DNA of 64,000 nucleotides from a bacterium (GTDB lineage Bacteria; Hinthialibacterota; Hinthialibacteria; Hinthialibacterales; Hinthialibacteraceae): the NCBI GenBank assembly GCA_963663405.2, contig CAXXSM010000088.1, forward strand, positions 1 to 64,000, given 5' to 3'. Made by a program: the position numbers and the translations under genes. The notes beneath the pieces were generated by a model. That model was not told the DNA's origin, made no database searches, and saw only the letters and a list, made by a program, of their open reading frames with translations. Positions 44,409 to 53,825 of the stretch are shown piece after piece. Position 1 is the first letter of the stretch. Each line of letters begins with the position of its first letter.

Positions 44409-44581
44409 AGCGAAAAGAATTTATTCGCGAATTGAATGCGGCTGGCTGTTATTTGAAACGTCATGGGAACCGACATGATATTTATGAAAATCCAAAAAAT
44501 GGGAATAAAGCCCCAGTGCCACGACACAATGAAATTAAAAATGATCTCTGTGATTTGATACGCAAGCAACTAAGAATTTAA
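44405..44581 (+). CDS. hicA: HicA-family mRNA interferase toxin (58 aa)
   Basis: GTG start overlaps the upstream stop (GTGA), SD AGGAG; MKRKEFIRELNAAGCYLKRHGNRHDIYENPKNGNKAPVPRHNEIKNDLCDLIRKQLRI. Below the ORF-track length cutoff. Confidence 0.9.
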   Translation: MKRKEFIRELNAAGCYLKRHGNRHDIYENPKNGNKAPVPRHNEIKNDLCDLIRKQLRI

Positions 44582-44602
44582 AGTTATACTTTTTTAATCT
44601 CC

Positions 44603-46201
44603 CTACCGATACACCCGATAATCAATCTCCTGAAAGATCGTATCTTTCCATTCAAGGCCGTTGAGGTAATCTTCGTCGATGGTGTTGGATTGTATTTGGC
44701 CATAGAGGGTGTTGAAGCGGTGGACGTGGTCGCGGGTGCGGCGGTTGGCGTAGGGGACGGCGGTGTTGGTGGTCATGATGAACGCCCAATCGCTGCTCTG
44801 GGCTAGAAGGAGTTCACGGGCGGCCTGGTTGAGGGCGCGTTTCTTTTTACCGCGCGCGTTTGGATTCGCTTCGGCGAGTTCGACCATGCGCGTTTCGCAT
44901 TCATGCAGGTGCCGGTAGATCCAATCGTTGCTGCCATTGAGCCAAACCTCGTAATACCCCTTGTCGCCCCAAGACGAGGGCGCGGGTTGGATTGACTGCA
45001 ACAATGGATGCGCCTTCAAATATTCGCTGGGTGTGATGGGACGGATCTCATCCTGATCCCACGCCATCTTGCGGAAGAGATATTCGATAAACATCGGCCC
45101 CTCAAACCACCAATGCCCAAACAACTCCGCGTCATACGGCGCGACGACGATCGGCGGACGATCAAGGAACTTGCGAAGATACTGGACCTGCTGCTGCCGG
45201 TTGAAAAGAAAATTCCCAGCGTGACTCGCCGCTTTCTCGCGGGCGGCTTCGGGATTGTATGGCTGTTTCTGGGATAGATCGATCCCGTTCCCCGTGATGC
45301 GGTGATACTTGAAACCAATGTTGCGGCGCACGCCATCGCCGTGCAGATAGGGTTTGATATAGTTATAAGGCGCGTCGTATCCCAGATCGCGGTAAAACTC
45401 GCGGTAATCGAAATCGCCTGGATACCCCGAATCGCGGCTCCAGACCTGTTTGGAGGATTCCATATCCCGCGCGAACGCGGCTACATTCGCCGGGGCTAAA
45501 ACCGGCGCGTAGACGCCATACTTGGGCCGGGGCGCGCCAAAGAGAATCCCATGCGAATCCATGAAGAAAAAGTCGATCCCCGCTTCGGAAAGGTAATCGT
45601 CTACTCCCAAATCGTACGCGCACTCCGCCAGCCAGATCCCGCGCGGCGGCCGTCCAAAGTGTTTTTGATAGTTGTTCTTGGCCACCATAATCTGCGCCCG
45701 GATCGCGTTCGGCGTCAGCATCAAGGGCAGAAATCCATGCGTGGCGCAGCAGGTGATGATTTCAAGAACGCCCTCGTCCTGAAAACGCTTGAACGCTTCG
45801 GTGAGATTACGATGATAAGTCTCCCGGAAGACGGAGAGAGAGCGCTGGATGATGTGTTGTTGCATCTTCGCGCTTTCATGAAACTCCGCGTGGGCTTTCT
45901 TAGAGGTGCGCTGGACTTCCTTCTCGGCCAACTCCGCGTATTTTTCGAGAATGCGCTCATACCGGTCCTGCAGCAACGGATCGGCCAGCATCTCCGAAAG
46001 CGTCGGCGTGACCGTCATGGTGACGCGGAAATTCGTGTTATCGTTGACCATGCGGTCAAACGCGTCCAAAAGTGGAATGTACGTTTCCGTCATGGCTTCG
46101 AACAGCCAGTCTTCCTCCAAGAACTCCTCATGTTCTGGATGGCGGATGAAAGGTAAATGGGCGTGAAGGACTAAGTTTAAATAGCCGGCCGGTTCGGACA
46201 T
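44603..46201 (-). CDS. GH57 1,4-alpha-glucan branching enzyme (DUF1957)
   Basis: LHAHLPF, ETYIPLL, GIWLAEC, PYDAELFGHWWFEG, LAQSSDWAF. Confidence 0.93.
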   Translation of the reverse strand: MSEPAGYLNLVLHAHLPFIRHPEHEEFLEEDWLFEAMTETYIPLLDAFDRMVNDNTNFRVTMTVTPTLSEMLADPLLQDRYERILEKYAELAEKEVQRTSKKAHAEFHESAKMQQHIIQRSLSVFRETYHRNLTEAFKRFQDEGVLEIITCCATHGFLPLMLTPNAIRAQIMVAKNNYQKHFGRPPRGIWLAECAYDLGVDDYLSEAGIDFFFMDSHGILFGAPRPKYGVYAPVLAPANVAAFARDMESSKQVWSRDSGYPGDFDYREFYRDLGYDAPYNYIKPYLHGDGVRRNIGFKYHRITGNGIDLSQKQPYNPEAAREKAASHAGNFLFNRQQQVQYLRKFLDRPPIVVAPYDAELFGHWWFEGPMFIEYLFRKMAWDQDEIRPITPSEYLKAHPLLQSIQPAPSSWGDKGYYEVWLNGSNDWIYRHLHECETRMVELAEANPNARGKKKRALNQAARELLLAQSSDWAFIMTTNTAVPYANRRTRDHVHRFNTLYGQIQSNTIDEDYLNGLEWKDTIFQEIDYRVYR

Positions 46202-46204
46202 AAT

Positions 46205-46873
46205 CTACGCCTTCTCTTCCTTTGAGAACTTGATGTAACGCATCGCGAAAAATCCCACCGCGACGAGGACTAACATTCCTAATAAGAATTTATCAAAATG
46301 TTTCAACAGGGGCTGCGCCTGCTCACCAAAGAAATACAACACCGTTCCAACGAGAAAAAAGCGTCCCGCGCGGCCAACGATCGAGATGAGGATGAACGGC
46401 CAGAAGCGGATCCGGCATAACCCACCGGCGATGGTGAATATCTTGTAAGGCAATGGCGTAAACGCCGCGACCAGCACCGCCCATACATCATATTTTTGAT
46501 AATAGGACTCCACCATCTCAAATTTCTCGCGGTCAAAGATCCAACGGAACCAGCGGACCGAAACCAGCCATTCCACAATCGGACGGCCGCCGTACATTCC
46601 AATCGCGTAACCCAGCATAGCGCCCAACACAGAACCGATCGTGCAGATCAGCGCCAATTGATACGCCATGGACGGCTTGGCGACGGCCATTAAGATCATC
46701 GGGATATCGGGAGGAATCAAAAAGAAAGACGACTCAGTGAACGCGATCGCCCACAAAGCCCATAACGCATGTTGGGTGAATTCCCCTCCTGCATCACTAA
46801 AGAATTCGTCCATTCCACCAAACCAGAAAACAAGAGATTCTCTCCTTTCGGTATTCGCCGTCAGATTGGGCAA
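46205..46873 (-). CDS. DedA/YqaA (VTT) family membrane protein
   Basis: AFTESSFFLIPPD, FTPLPYKIFTI, GRAGRF. Confidence 0.9.
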   Translation of the reverse strand: MPNLTANTERRESLVFWFGGMDEFFSDAGGEFTQHALWALWAIAFTESSFFLIPPDIPMILMAVAKPSMAYQLALICTIGSVLGAMLGYAIGMYGGRPIVEWLVSVRWFRWIFDREKFEMVESYYQKYDVWAVLVAAFTPLPYKIFTIAGGLCRIRFWPFILISIVGRAGRFFLVGTVLYFFGEQAQPLLKHFDKFLLGMLVLVAVGFFAMRYIKFSKEEKA

Positions 46874-46952
46874 TTAAACGTTAAGTGTAATGCGCGTGGA
46901 TCGAAACGCTAACCCCTAGCGCAATATTGGATGGATGGAATAAATTGGGCGG

Positions 46953-49448
46953 CTAGAAAAGGTTCCACATATCAATTGACGTTGCGGGAGGATGGTCAGA
47001 ATTATTGTTGTTGTGGATGGATAAGGTGATCCTCTTTTGGCTGGACACTCCCTGAGTATCTGTTACCTCAGTTTCTAACAAACACTCACCATCATTCAGC
47101 AATTGTGTATTTAAATCAAAAAAGTAAACGGCTTCTCGCAGGGGTGGATCAAAAATGAATTCCCCATCGATCCCCTCTGTTTCCGGATTGTCAAAAACCA
47201 TCCCATTCACCTTACAAGTAATGCGGGACACATCATTCACGCTGGCTCCATAGATTTGAATCGGAATCGTTCCAGAGAGATCTTCCGTGTTGTATGGCGA
47301 AAGAAAAAACGCGCGTGGTATTCCACTGGGAAATCGCATTCCAGTGGCGCAGAGCGCGAATAACTGAGACGGTCCTTGGTTAACTTGGCCATTGACTTGA
47401 ATCGTATAGGTTCCTGGCTGGGGAATCTCGATATACACCTGCTCTATATTATCTCGATGGTTTTCTTGGTTCTGACGCGCCGATTGGGAAGGATTGGAAG
47501 GATCGAGAGTCCAAGGATAATGGATTCCTTCCGGCCCGATGATAGAAAGGTCGAGATCGTTGATTAAATTACCCGTGTTATCATCGACTCCTCCCGCTAT
47601 AGGAATCGCAGGGGGATCGCTCCAAGCGATTGTCACTTTGATAGGGCCGGAGCCAACATAATCACCAGTATATTCCAACGGTGTCTCTCGGTACGAATCG
47701 AGTTCAATCCGGCGCCCATACCGGCTATGCTCGCTCAGGAAATCAGCCGCCGCCCGCGCGTCGAGTAATCCCCAACCAAAGCGGTAATCCGGACCCGGTT
47801 TAGCGAAACCGGAATAAATCGCGGTATGGATCATCAAGCATTTAATAAACGCCGCGCTGGGATCCATGTTCTCGAATTTCTGACGGAACAACTGAACAAG
47901 ACAAGCGGCCGCTCCAGTCACGACGGGAGCGGAAGAAGAGGTTCCGGATAGCCGATCATAATGAGTGTCCGAATCAGCGCCCATTGATAGAAGCTTATAT
48001 CCATTCGCGGTCAGATCCGGTTTGATCCGTCCATCATCGGTAGGCCCCCAGCTGGAGAACGAAGTCATCGTTGAATCATACGGAGCCGGGGGTTCGTGCG
48101 TCAGATCAACGACAGCGCCAACCGTGATGATGTTTTTAGCGACGCCGATTGGATTGATTGTATCGTATCCAAGATCGTTATAGGGAATGACCGTTTGTGA
48201 ATCAGCGCTGGATTGCATTGCGCCACCCAGCGATCCCATCGGGAATGCCCCCAAACTGTTTCGCTGATTTCCCGCCGCCGCAATGGAGATGATATTATGT
48301 TCTCGAACAATCTGGTCGAAGGCGCCGTTTTTGTATTGATAGCGGCCCAAGAGATGCGATTCGTATGGGCTGAGTTTCGGGTTTCCGTACCAGTTCCATT
48401 GCATCGACAATTCGTTGTAATTCCACCCCACACTGGTCGCGTAAGAATGGTTGGATACGGAAATCAGATCTGCGTTCTGTTCCATCTCATTCAAATCATT
48501 ATGATATGACCAGCAGTATAACATCGCGTTTGGGGCCATACCCTGCGCTTGAAGATTCCCCGCCCCGCTTCCAGCAATGGTTCCCGCCACGTGAGTTGAG
48601 TGAAAAAAAGGCCCTGTGTCTCTATCAATATTGACGGCGCGCCCACGGATCTGTTCGTGAGTGCTTCGTATTGTTCCGGTATCCCATAAGCCGATATTGA
48701 CGCCGGTTCCATCCAAATCATATCCGCTAATGCCTCCAGGATGGATTTCATCGATATTTGACGTGTCTTGCGCGTCCAGGTTACAAGGCCGGAGAGGGGG
48801 ATCGGTTTCAGTAATGAGAAATATAGACTCTTCCACCGCCAATCCACGTATGTTTTGTGAGTGAATGGAGACAGAATTCAGAGTTTGATGATAATCGAAT
48901 GTATCGCGCGTTGTTTCTATTATGGCTCCATACGTTTGAAGAACCGCTGAGGCATCTGAAAAAGACGTGTCAGAAAAGAACAGAATTTTCACATTAATCG
49001 GATTAGTGTTTTGAGGATACAAAGAACTAGAAGATGCTGATTCTTCGATCTCAGACCGTAAAGAGGCGTCTATTTTCGCTTCTAAAGGGATCTCAATAAT
49101 TCCATTTAGCAAATCAAATTGCTCTAAAGAGTAAAGCGCGTTTTCATCGGCCCAGATGAAATACGCGTTTGTGGGGATATATTGAATGAAGCGGATACCT
49201 GCATCTATAAGTGGTTTCCGATCGCTTGGCGTTAAGGGACGTTTGAATTGAACGAGAAAATGATGGGTACTGGATTTGGCTTGAAACGATCGCAATGACG
49301 TTTTTTGAGTAATAGAGAAATTCTTCCCCGCTAATCGAATCGATTCCTCTTTCGCCATAATCCCACTCGGAACGAGAGCGATCAGGAAAATAGAAAGCAG
49401 ATAATGAATCGATAAATGCCAAACTTGTGTTGGCCATGTTTGTTTCAT
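46953..49448 (-). CDS. Secreted subtilisin-family (S8) serine protease
   Basis: WDTG, HSTHVAGTI, SGTSSSAPVV catalytic triad; GPTDDGRIKPD; ends TSIDMWNLF. Confidence 0.92.
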   Translation of the reverse strand: MKQTWPTQVWHLSIHYLLSIFLIALVPSGIMAKEESIRLAGKNFSITQKTSLRSFQAKSSTHHFLVQFKRPLTPSDRKPLIDAGIRFIQYIPTNAYFIWADENALYSLEQFDLLNGIIEIPLEAKIDASLRSEIEESASSSSLYPQNTNPINVKILFFSDTSFSDASAVLQTYGAIIETTRDTFDYHQTLNSVSIHSQNIRGLAVEESIFLITETDPPLRPCNLDAQDTSNIDEIHPGGISGYDLDGTGVNIGLWDTGTIRSTHEQIRGRAVNIDRDTGPFFHSTHVAGTIAGSGAGNLQAQGMAPNAMLYCWSYHNDLNEMEQNADLISVSNHSYATSVGWNYNELSMQWNWYGNPKLSPYESHLLGRYQYKNGAFDQIVREHNIISIAAAGNQRNSLGAFPMGSLGGAMQSSADSQTVIPYNDLGYDTINPIGVAKNIITVGAVVDLTHEPPAPYDSTMTSFSSWGPTDDGRIKPDLTANGYKLLSMGADSDTHYDRLSGTSSSAPVVTGAAACLVQLFRQKFENMDPSAAFIKCLMIHTAIYSGFAKPGPDYRFGWGLLDARAAADFLSEHSRYGRRIELDSYRETPLEYTGDYVGSGPIKVTIAWSDPPAIPIAGGVDDNTGNLINDLDLSIIGPEGIHYPWTLDPSNPSQSARQNQENHRDNIEQVYIEIPQPGTYTIQVNGQVNQGPSQLFALCATGMRFPSGIPRAFFLSPYNTEDLSGTIPIQIYGASVNDVSRITCKVNGMVFDNPETEGIDGEFIFDPPLREAVYFFDLNTQLLNDGECLLETEVTDTQGVSSQKRITLSIHNNNNSDHPPATSIDMWNLF

Positions 49449-49453
49449 ATAAA

Positions 49454-49540
49454 CCATCATGAGTGAGATCACAATGCATAAATGAAAATGAGTTGCAGTA
49501 AATATCTCGAAAGAGTAAGCCTTAGGAACTCATTTTTATA
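49454..49540 (-). repeat. ~88-bp palindromic leader element, copy 1
   Basis: Matches 51675-51762 and the reverse complement of 55297-55383. Confidence 0.8.
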
Positions 49541-49690
49541 TAAAGGATTAACACTTCTCTTCTTGTTTTAAGAAAAAGATTTTAGTATAAGGGTTATTAG
49601 TGAAGTATATCAAATTAATAGTTTTGCGCCAAAACGGTGGAAGGGATTTTACAAATGCTTACAAAAGCAGGAAGAAGTTAAAATATACAT

Positions 49691-51571
49691 TTAGACGGAG
49701 GGCATGGACAAGACTTTATCACGGGCGTCGGCAATTTTGCGCAGGTCATCGGTTAGCATTAAACCCAAGCCGGTTAGCGCGTCTCGAATCGACTCGAAAT
49801 CAGTTGACGTAAGATGAATAATATTAGGAAGGTTCTTAACGCTTGAACGAATTGAATTTGACATATCCGCCACGCTTTGACTCATCTTGTCCGCATAGGT
49901 TTTCAAGAGTTCGTGACTGGGGAGCAAGACAATCACATCGGCGTCGAATTTCACATATTCCATGAGCTGACGCAACGAATCCCCCATGCTTTTCCCTTTT
50001 TCTGTAATGTACTTGCGTCCATCAGCGACGGCAGTGGATATTTTTTCCGATGTGTCAACAACATTCGCGCCAAGCTCACTAAGGAAGGTTTCGAGCATCT
50101 GCTGAAGCCGTTTAGACGCTCCGATCGACGAAACAGTTATCCGTTTTCCAAGAAGTGAATGCAGACTCTTGGGTAAATCGGTTTGCAACGGCTGCAATAA
50201 AGCCTGACGCAGTTCCTCTTCATATGGTTTGTTTTTCTTATGCCAATTCCGAAGAACGTAATGGCCCGCGCCGCGAAGAAAAAATTCCATCCAATCCCCA
50301 CGGATTAACCGTGCGAACGCCCGCTTCAAGGAATAGAAATCTCTCATGGCCACCATACTTTCTACCTGGAGCTCATACGGGGTCATTTTGGCGGGAACGT
50401 GGACGACGTGGTGACCATCATATTTAGTCCAATCCCTCGTTATCAAGGCGCGTTTATTATCCTGAAAGGCCTTAAAATCTCTCGATCCAGGAATCGGGGT
50501 CAACACCATCAATTGAAGAGTATCAATATGATGTTTTTTCGCAAACTTGAGTGTTTCCCTGATGGTCGCCACATCATCTTCATCAGAGCCTAGAACAAAC
50601 ATCCCATGAATTTTCACATTATAACTGTGGAATGTTTCGATCGCTTCAACAATGTTGTCTAAGGTTTCTTTTTTATTATACAATTCAAGCGTTTTGGGAT
50701 TAATAGATTCAAAACCGACGTAAACACGGTCGCAATTGGAGCGGCGCATCAATTCAAGCATTTCCTTGTCGCGGCAGGCTTCATGCCGCACTTGCGCCCC
50801 CCAGCTTGGTGTCAGTTTATTTTCAATCATCCCACGAAGGATCTGTTTCACCCGTTGACGGTTCCAATTGAAACAATCATCGACGAAGAACAAGTAATGC
50901 GCCCGGCTATTATGAGTATAATGAAACTCCACCTCTTTCAGTACCCGTTCAACGGACATGGCCCTGTATTTTCTGCCATTAAAAGCAGTCACCGAACAGA
51001 ATGAACAGTCACAGGGACATCCCCGGCTGGTACAAACACAGACGACACTCATATTCGGAACTCCGCGCGCCAAGCGGAAATCCGGAATGGGATTTTTATT
51101 GAGATCGTGTGGCAATGGACAGTCTAGATTGTGTTGTATCTTCCCCTCTTTCCAATAGGAGAGTCCTGGAATCTTCTCGTAATCCCCATCACTTGAGAAG
51201 GCTTGCATGAAATCAACGATAGATTCATCCGCCTCCCCGCGAAGAATGAAATCCGCATGTTCGAGCGCTTCTTCCGCCAGGAACGTCACATGCGTGCCTC
51301 CCATGATGACAGGAATTCCCATGGCCCGGATCCGGTCGGCGAGGGCGTATGAATACGGGGCTGTGGAACTTAACGCCGAAATTCCAACTAAATCGGCATT
51401 CTTAACGATATCAAAATCGAGCGGCGCAATATCTTCGATGTATACATCAACATGGTACCCGAGTTCGTGGAGAATTGAACCAAGCTGAATTGATCCCAGG
51501 CGGGGTATATGAACATCGCTGAAAACATGGTAATTCGGGGCTTTTGTTTCGATAAGAACAATTCGTTTCAT
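49691..51571 (-). CDS. Cobalamin-binding radical SAM protein with C-terminal extension
   Basis: B12 domain (MGGTHVT..RGEAD), TSRGCPCDCSFC, GFES, TPIPGS. Confidence 0.9.
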   Translation of the reverse strand: MKRIVLIETKAPNYHVFSDVHIPRLGSIQLGSILHELGYHVDVYIEDIAPLDFDIVKNADLVGISALSSTAPYSYALADRIRAMGIPVIMGGTHVTFLAEEALEHADFILRGEADESIVDFMQAFSSDGDYEKIPGLSYWKEGKIQHNLDCPLPHDLNKNPIPDFRLARGVPNMSVVCVCTSRGCPCDCSFCSVTAFNGRKYRAMSVERVLKEVEFHYTHNSRAHYLFFVDDCFNWNRQRVKQILRGMIENKLTPSWGAQVRHEACRDKEMLELMRRSNCDRVYVGFESINPKTLELYNKKETLDNIVEAIETFHSYNVKIHGMFVLGSDEDDVATIRETLKFAKKHHIDTLQLMVLTPIPGSRDFKAFQDNKRALITRDWTKYDGHHVVHVPAKMTPYELQVESMVAMRDFYSLKRAFARLIRGDWMEFFLRGAGHYVLRNWHKKNKPYEEELRQALLQPLQTDLPKSLHSLLGKRITVSSIGASKRLQQMLETFLSELGANVVDTSEKISTAVADGRKYITEKGKSMGDSLRQLMEYVKFDADVIVLLPSHELLKTYADKMSQSVADMSNSIRSSVKNLPNIIHLTSTDFESIRDALTGLGLMLTDDLRKIADARDKVLSMPSV

Positions 51572-51674
51572 GGGATCGATTTCCTTTTACCAATTACAGA
51601 GTGAATATAACTATGTCTGGTCATCATTAAGCGGTGGGCGCCGCGTTTCCCACATACATACCAAGACAAGCCAA

Positions 51675-51762
51675 CCATCATGATTTGAGATCACAACTGC
51701 AAATGAAAATGAGTTGCGGGAGAAATCTCGAACAAGAAATCCTTCTAATTTCATTTTCATAT
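51675..51762 (-). repeat. ~88-bp palindromic leader element, copy 2
   Basis: CATGA..TGAGATCACAA..AAATGAAAATGAGTTGC...TCATTTTCATA. Confidence 0.8.
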
Positions 51763-51835
51763 AATAGATATTTCATTTTGAATGATTCAGGAAGAGAATT
51801 CAATGGGACTAGAGGTGGGTTTTTAGCAAAGGATC

Positions 51836-52501
51836 TCAGGACGCTGCGCGTTTATAGAGAATCGTTTTCAGAGCGTATCGGCCAAAAATAGAATCGATTT
51901 TGATCTCATCGCCTTCGATTCCGTCGAGTTGGTTCAAGAAATCGAAGAGTTCCGGTTGATGTTTAACATGAAATTTGGAGAGCCACCATGTCAACAATTT
52001 CCGGAACCAAGCGGGGAGATCCTGCTGATCCCAAAAATCAACGATGCCTAATTGACCGCCTGATTTCAGATTGGCCAGCGCCGTTTGGATGGCTTCCCGC
52101 CAGGGAGGAATCATGGAGAGCGAATAAGAAAAAAAGATACTATCAAACGGCGCGTCAAGACCAAAGGTTTTCTTGTAATCCAACTGTTCCGCCAAGCACG
52201 GTTGAAGATGAATCCGATGATCCATCCCCGCGCGGACAGCCATTTTTTCGGCTGTTTTCAACATTTCTTCGGACGCGTCTAAGCCATACAGCTCTATATC
52301 CGGATGCATCTTTCCAAGAAGAATCAGATTGCGCGCCGTCCCGCAACCCATCTCAAGAATCCGGTCGCCGGGTTTCACATCCATCTCACGAATCAACGCA
52401 TCCCGGCCCAAAAGATAGTATTTCCTCGTGAGATCGTAGAAATACCGCTGATAGCGGTACATTCGATCCATTTTTTCAGATTGATCGGTTGTTTTGTTCA
52501 T
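51836..52501 (-). CDS. btaB: SAM-dependent diacylglyceryl-homoserine N-methyltransferase
   Basis: MDRMYRYQRYFYDLTRKYYLLGRD, LEMGCGTARNL, SYSLSMIPPW; directly downstream of btaA. Confidence 0.85.
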   Translation of the reverse strand: MNKTTDQSEKMDRMYRYQRYFYDLTRKYYLLGRDALIREMDVKPGDRILEMGCGTARNLILLGKMHPDIELYGLDASEEMLKTAEKMAVRAGMDHRIHLQPCLAEQLDYKKTFGLDAPFDSIFFSYSLSMIPPWREAIQTALANLKSGGQLGIVDFWDQQDLPAWFRKLLTWWLSKFHVKHQPELFDFLNQLDGIEGDEIKIDSIFGRYALKTILYKRAAS

Positions 52502-52543
52502 GTTCTACGATTCACAATTTTTTCTATTAATTGGGATTTATTA

Positions 52544-53764
52544 TTAATTCGTTTTGACATAGAGATGAAATCCACCATAAATCGCGGAGCGGTCTTTTTG
52601 GAAAAGTTCTTGGGAACGTTCTTCTTCGTAGGTGAATTGTTTCCTCAATTCATAGGGCAACGCTGTTTCGACAGGAGATTGATCGGAAGCGGTGCGAAAG
52701 ATGATGCGGCTTCCCAATTGACCGGTTCTTGCGACTTCGGCCCATAATTCCGTTATTGTATCCGCGTCCATCCAATCCTGTGAATCCAAAAAGATGAACC
52801 GGTTGACACTATCATCCGGCTGACTTTTTAGAAACTCCGTAGTGGAGATCAGCTGCAATGTCACTCGATTTATATTCTCTTTGATTGTTTCGTAATACTC
52901 TTCTTTCAGATAATCAGGAACCGCGATCCGCCGTTCGGTGTCGTATTTCAGCGCGAACGCTTGCCATGCGTAGTAATTTTCTTCGATTGGAAATTGGAAA
53001 GTAAGACGTTTAATCCGCTCTCGATAGAGTTCGTTCAACCGGCCGTTCGATTCTCTTTTCATGGCTTCAAACTGTCGGGGAGGGATGCCAAGGCTGTAGA
53101 ATAGAAACGGCATTCGGCCTAGTGATTTCACAAACCAATGGTCGAAGAAGGGAGCGATCTTGTTGAAGACCTCTTCCCGTGTTTCGGCGTCGGGCGCTTC
53201 GAGAAGAAGTTGGGGATCGTCTCCAAATTGTTTGGCGGCCCAATGCGCGAAACGGATGAAATACCCCATCGCGCCAAACCGGTAGACGTTTTTGCTGAAA
53301 TAATTGATGCGCGCTTTCCAGAACCAACCCTCTCTATCCCAATACCGGCGCGTGGCGGCGTCCAGATGGGGTTGGATGTACATATAATAATTATCTAAGT
53401 TATTCCGCTTATCCGCATGCCCATAAAAATCGAAAAAATCCTCATAGGTTGGAAGATATTTCAACGCGGTCAGTTTTAATCTTGTAAAATAGATATGGTA
53501 TTGATTGAGATCGACCGCGCAGATTTGATGGGGTACGGCAGTTAAATAGTTGAGGATGTTGCAACCCCCGGAAGAGATCGTTAATAGGCGGCTTTTAGAA
53601 TCAAGTTCCATTGCTTTCAAATCGACTCGCGGATCTTCCCATATTTGAGTGTAGACCAATCCGTCAAACCAATACGCAAATAAACGTTCTAAGATTCCTT
53701 CTTTACTCGTGATCTGGCTGTGCTCGACAGCCTGCCTAATCATACTCGAAGAATTCACATTCAT
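52544..53764 (-). CDS. btaA: SAM:diacylglycerol 3-amino-3-carboxypropyl transferase (DUF3419)
   Basis: GLVYTQIWEDPRVD, ISSGGCN, VDLN, LDSQDWM, DRSAIYGGFHLY. Confidence 0.9.
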   Translation of the reverse strand: MNVNSSSMIRQAVEHSQITSKEGILERLFAYWFDGLVYTQIWEDPRVDLKAMELDSKSRLLTISSGGCNILNYLTAVPHQICAVDLNQYHIYFTRLKLTALKYLPTYEDFFDFYGHADKRNNLDNYYMYIQPHLDAATRRYWDREGWFWKARINYFSKNVYRFGAMGYFIRFAHWAAKQFGDDPQLLLEAPDAETREEVFNKIAPFFDHWFVKSLGRMPFLFYSLGIPPRQFEAMKRESNGRLNELYRERIKRLTFQFPIEENYYAWQAFALKYDTERRIAVPDYLKEEYYETIKENINRVTLQLISTTEFLKSQPDDSVNRFIFLDSQDWMDADTITELWAEVARTGQLGSRIIFRTASDQSPVETALPYELRKQFTYEEERSQELFQKDRSAIYGGFHLYVKTN

Positions 53765-53825
53765 GACTCATCCTTATACTGAATCTGGAGTGCATAAAAG
53801 AAGTAATTTCAATCGTTAATTCAAT

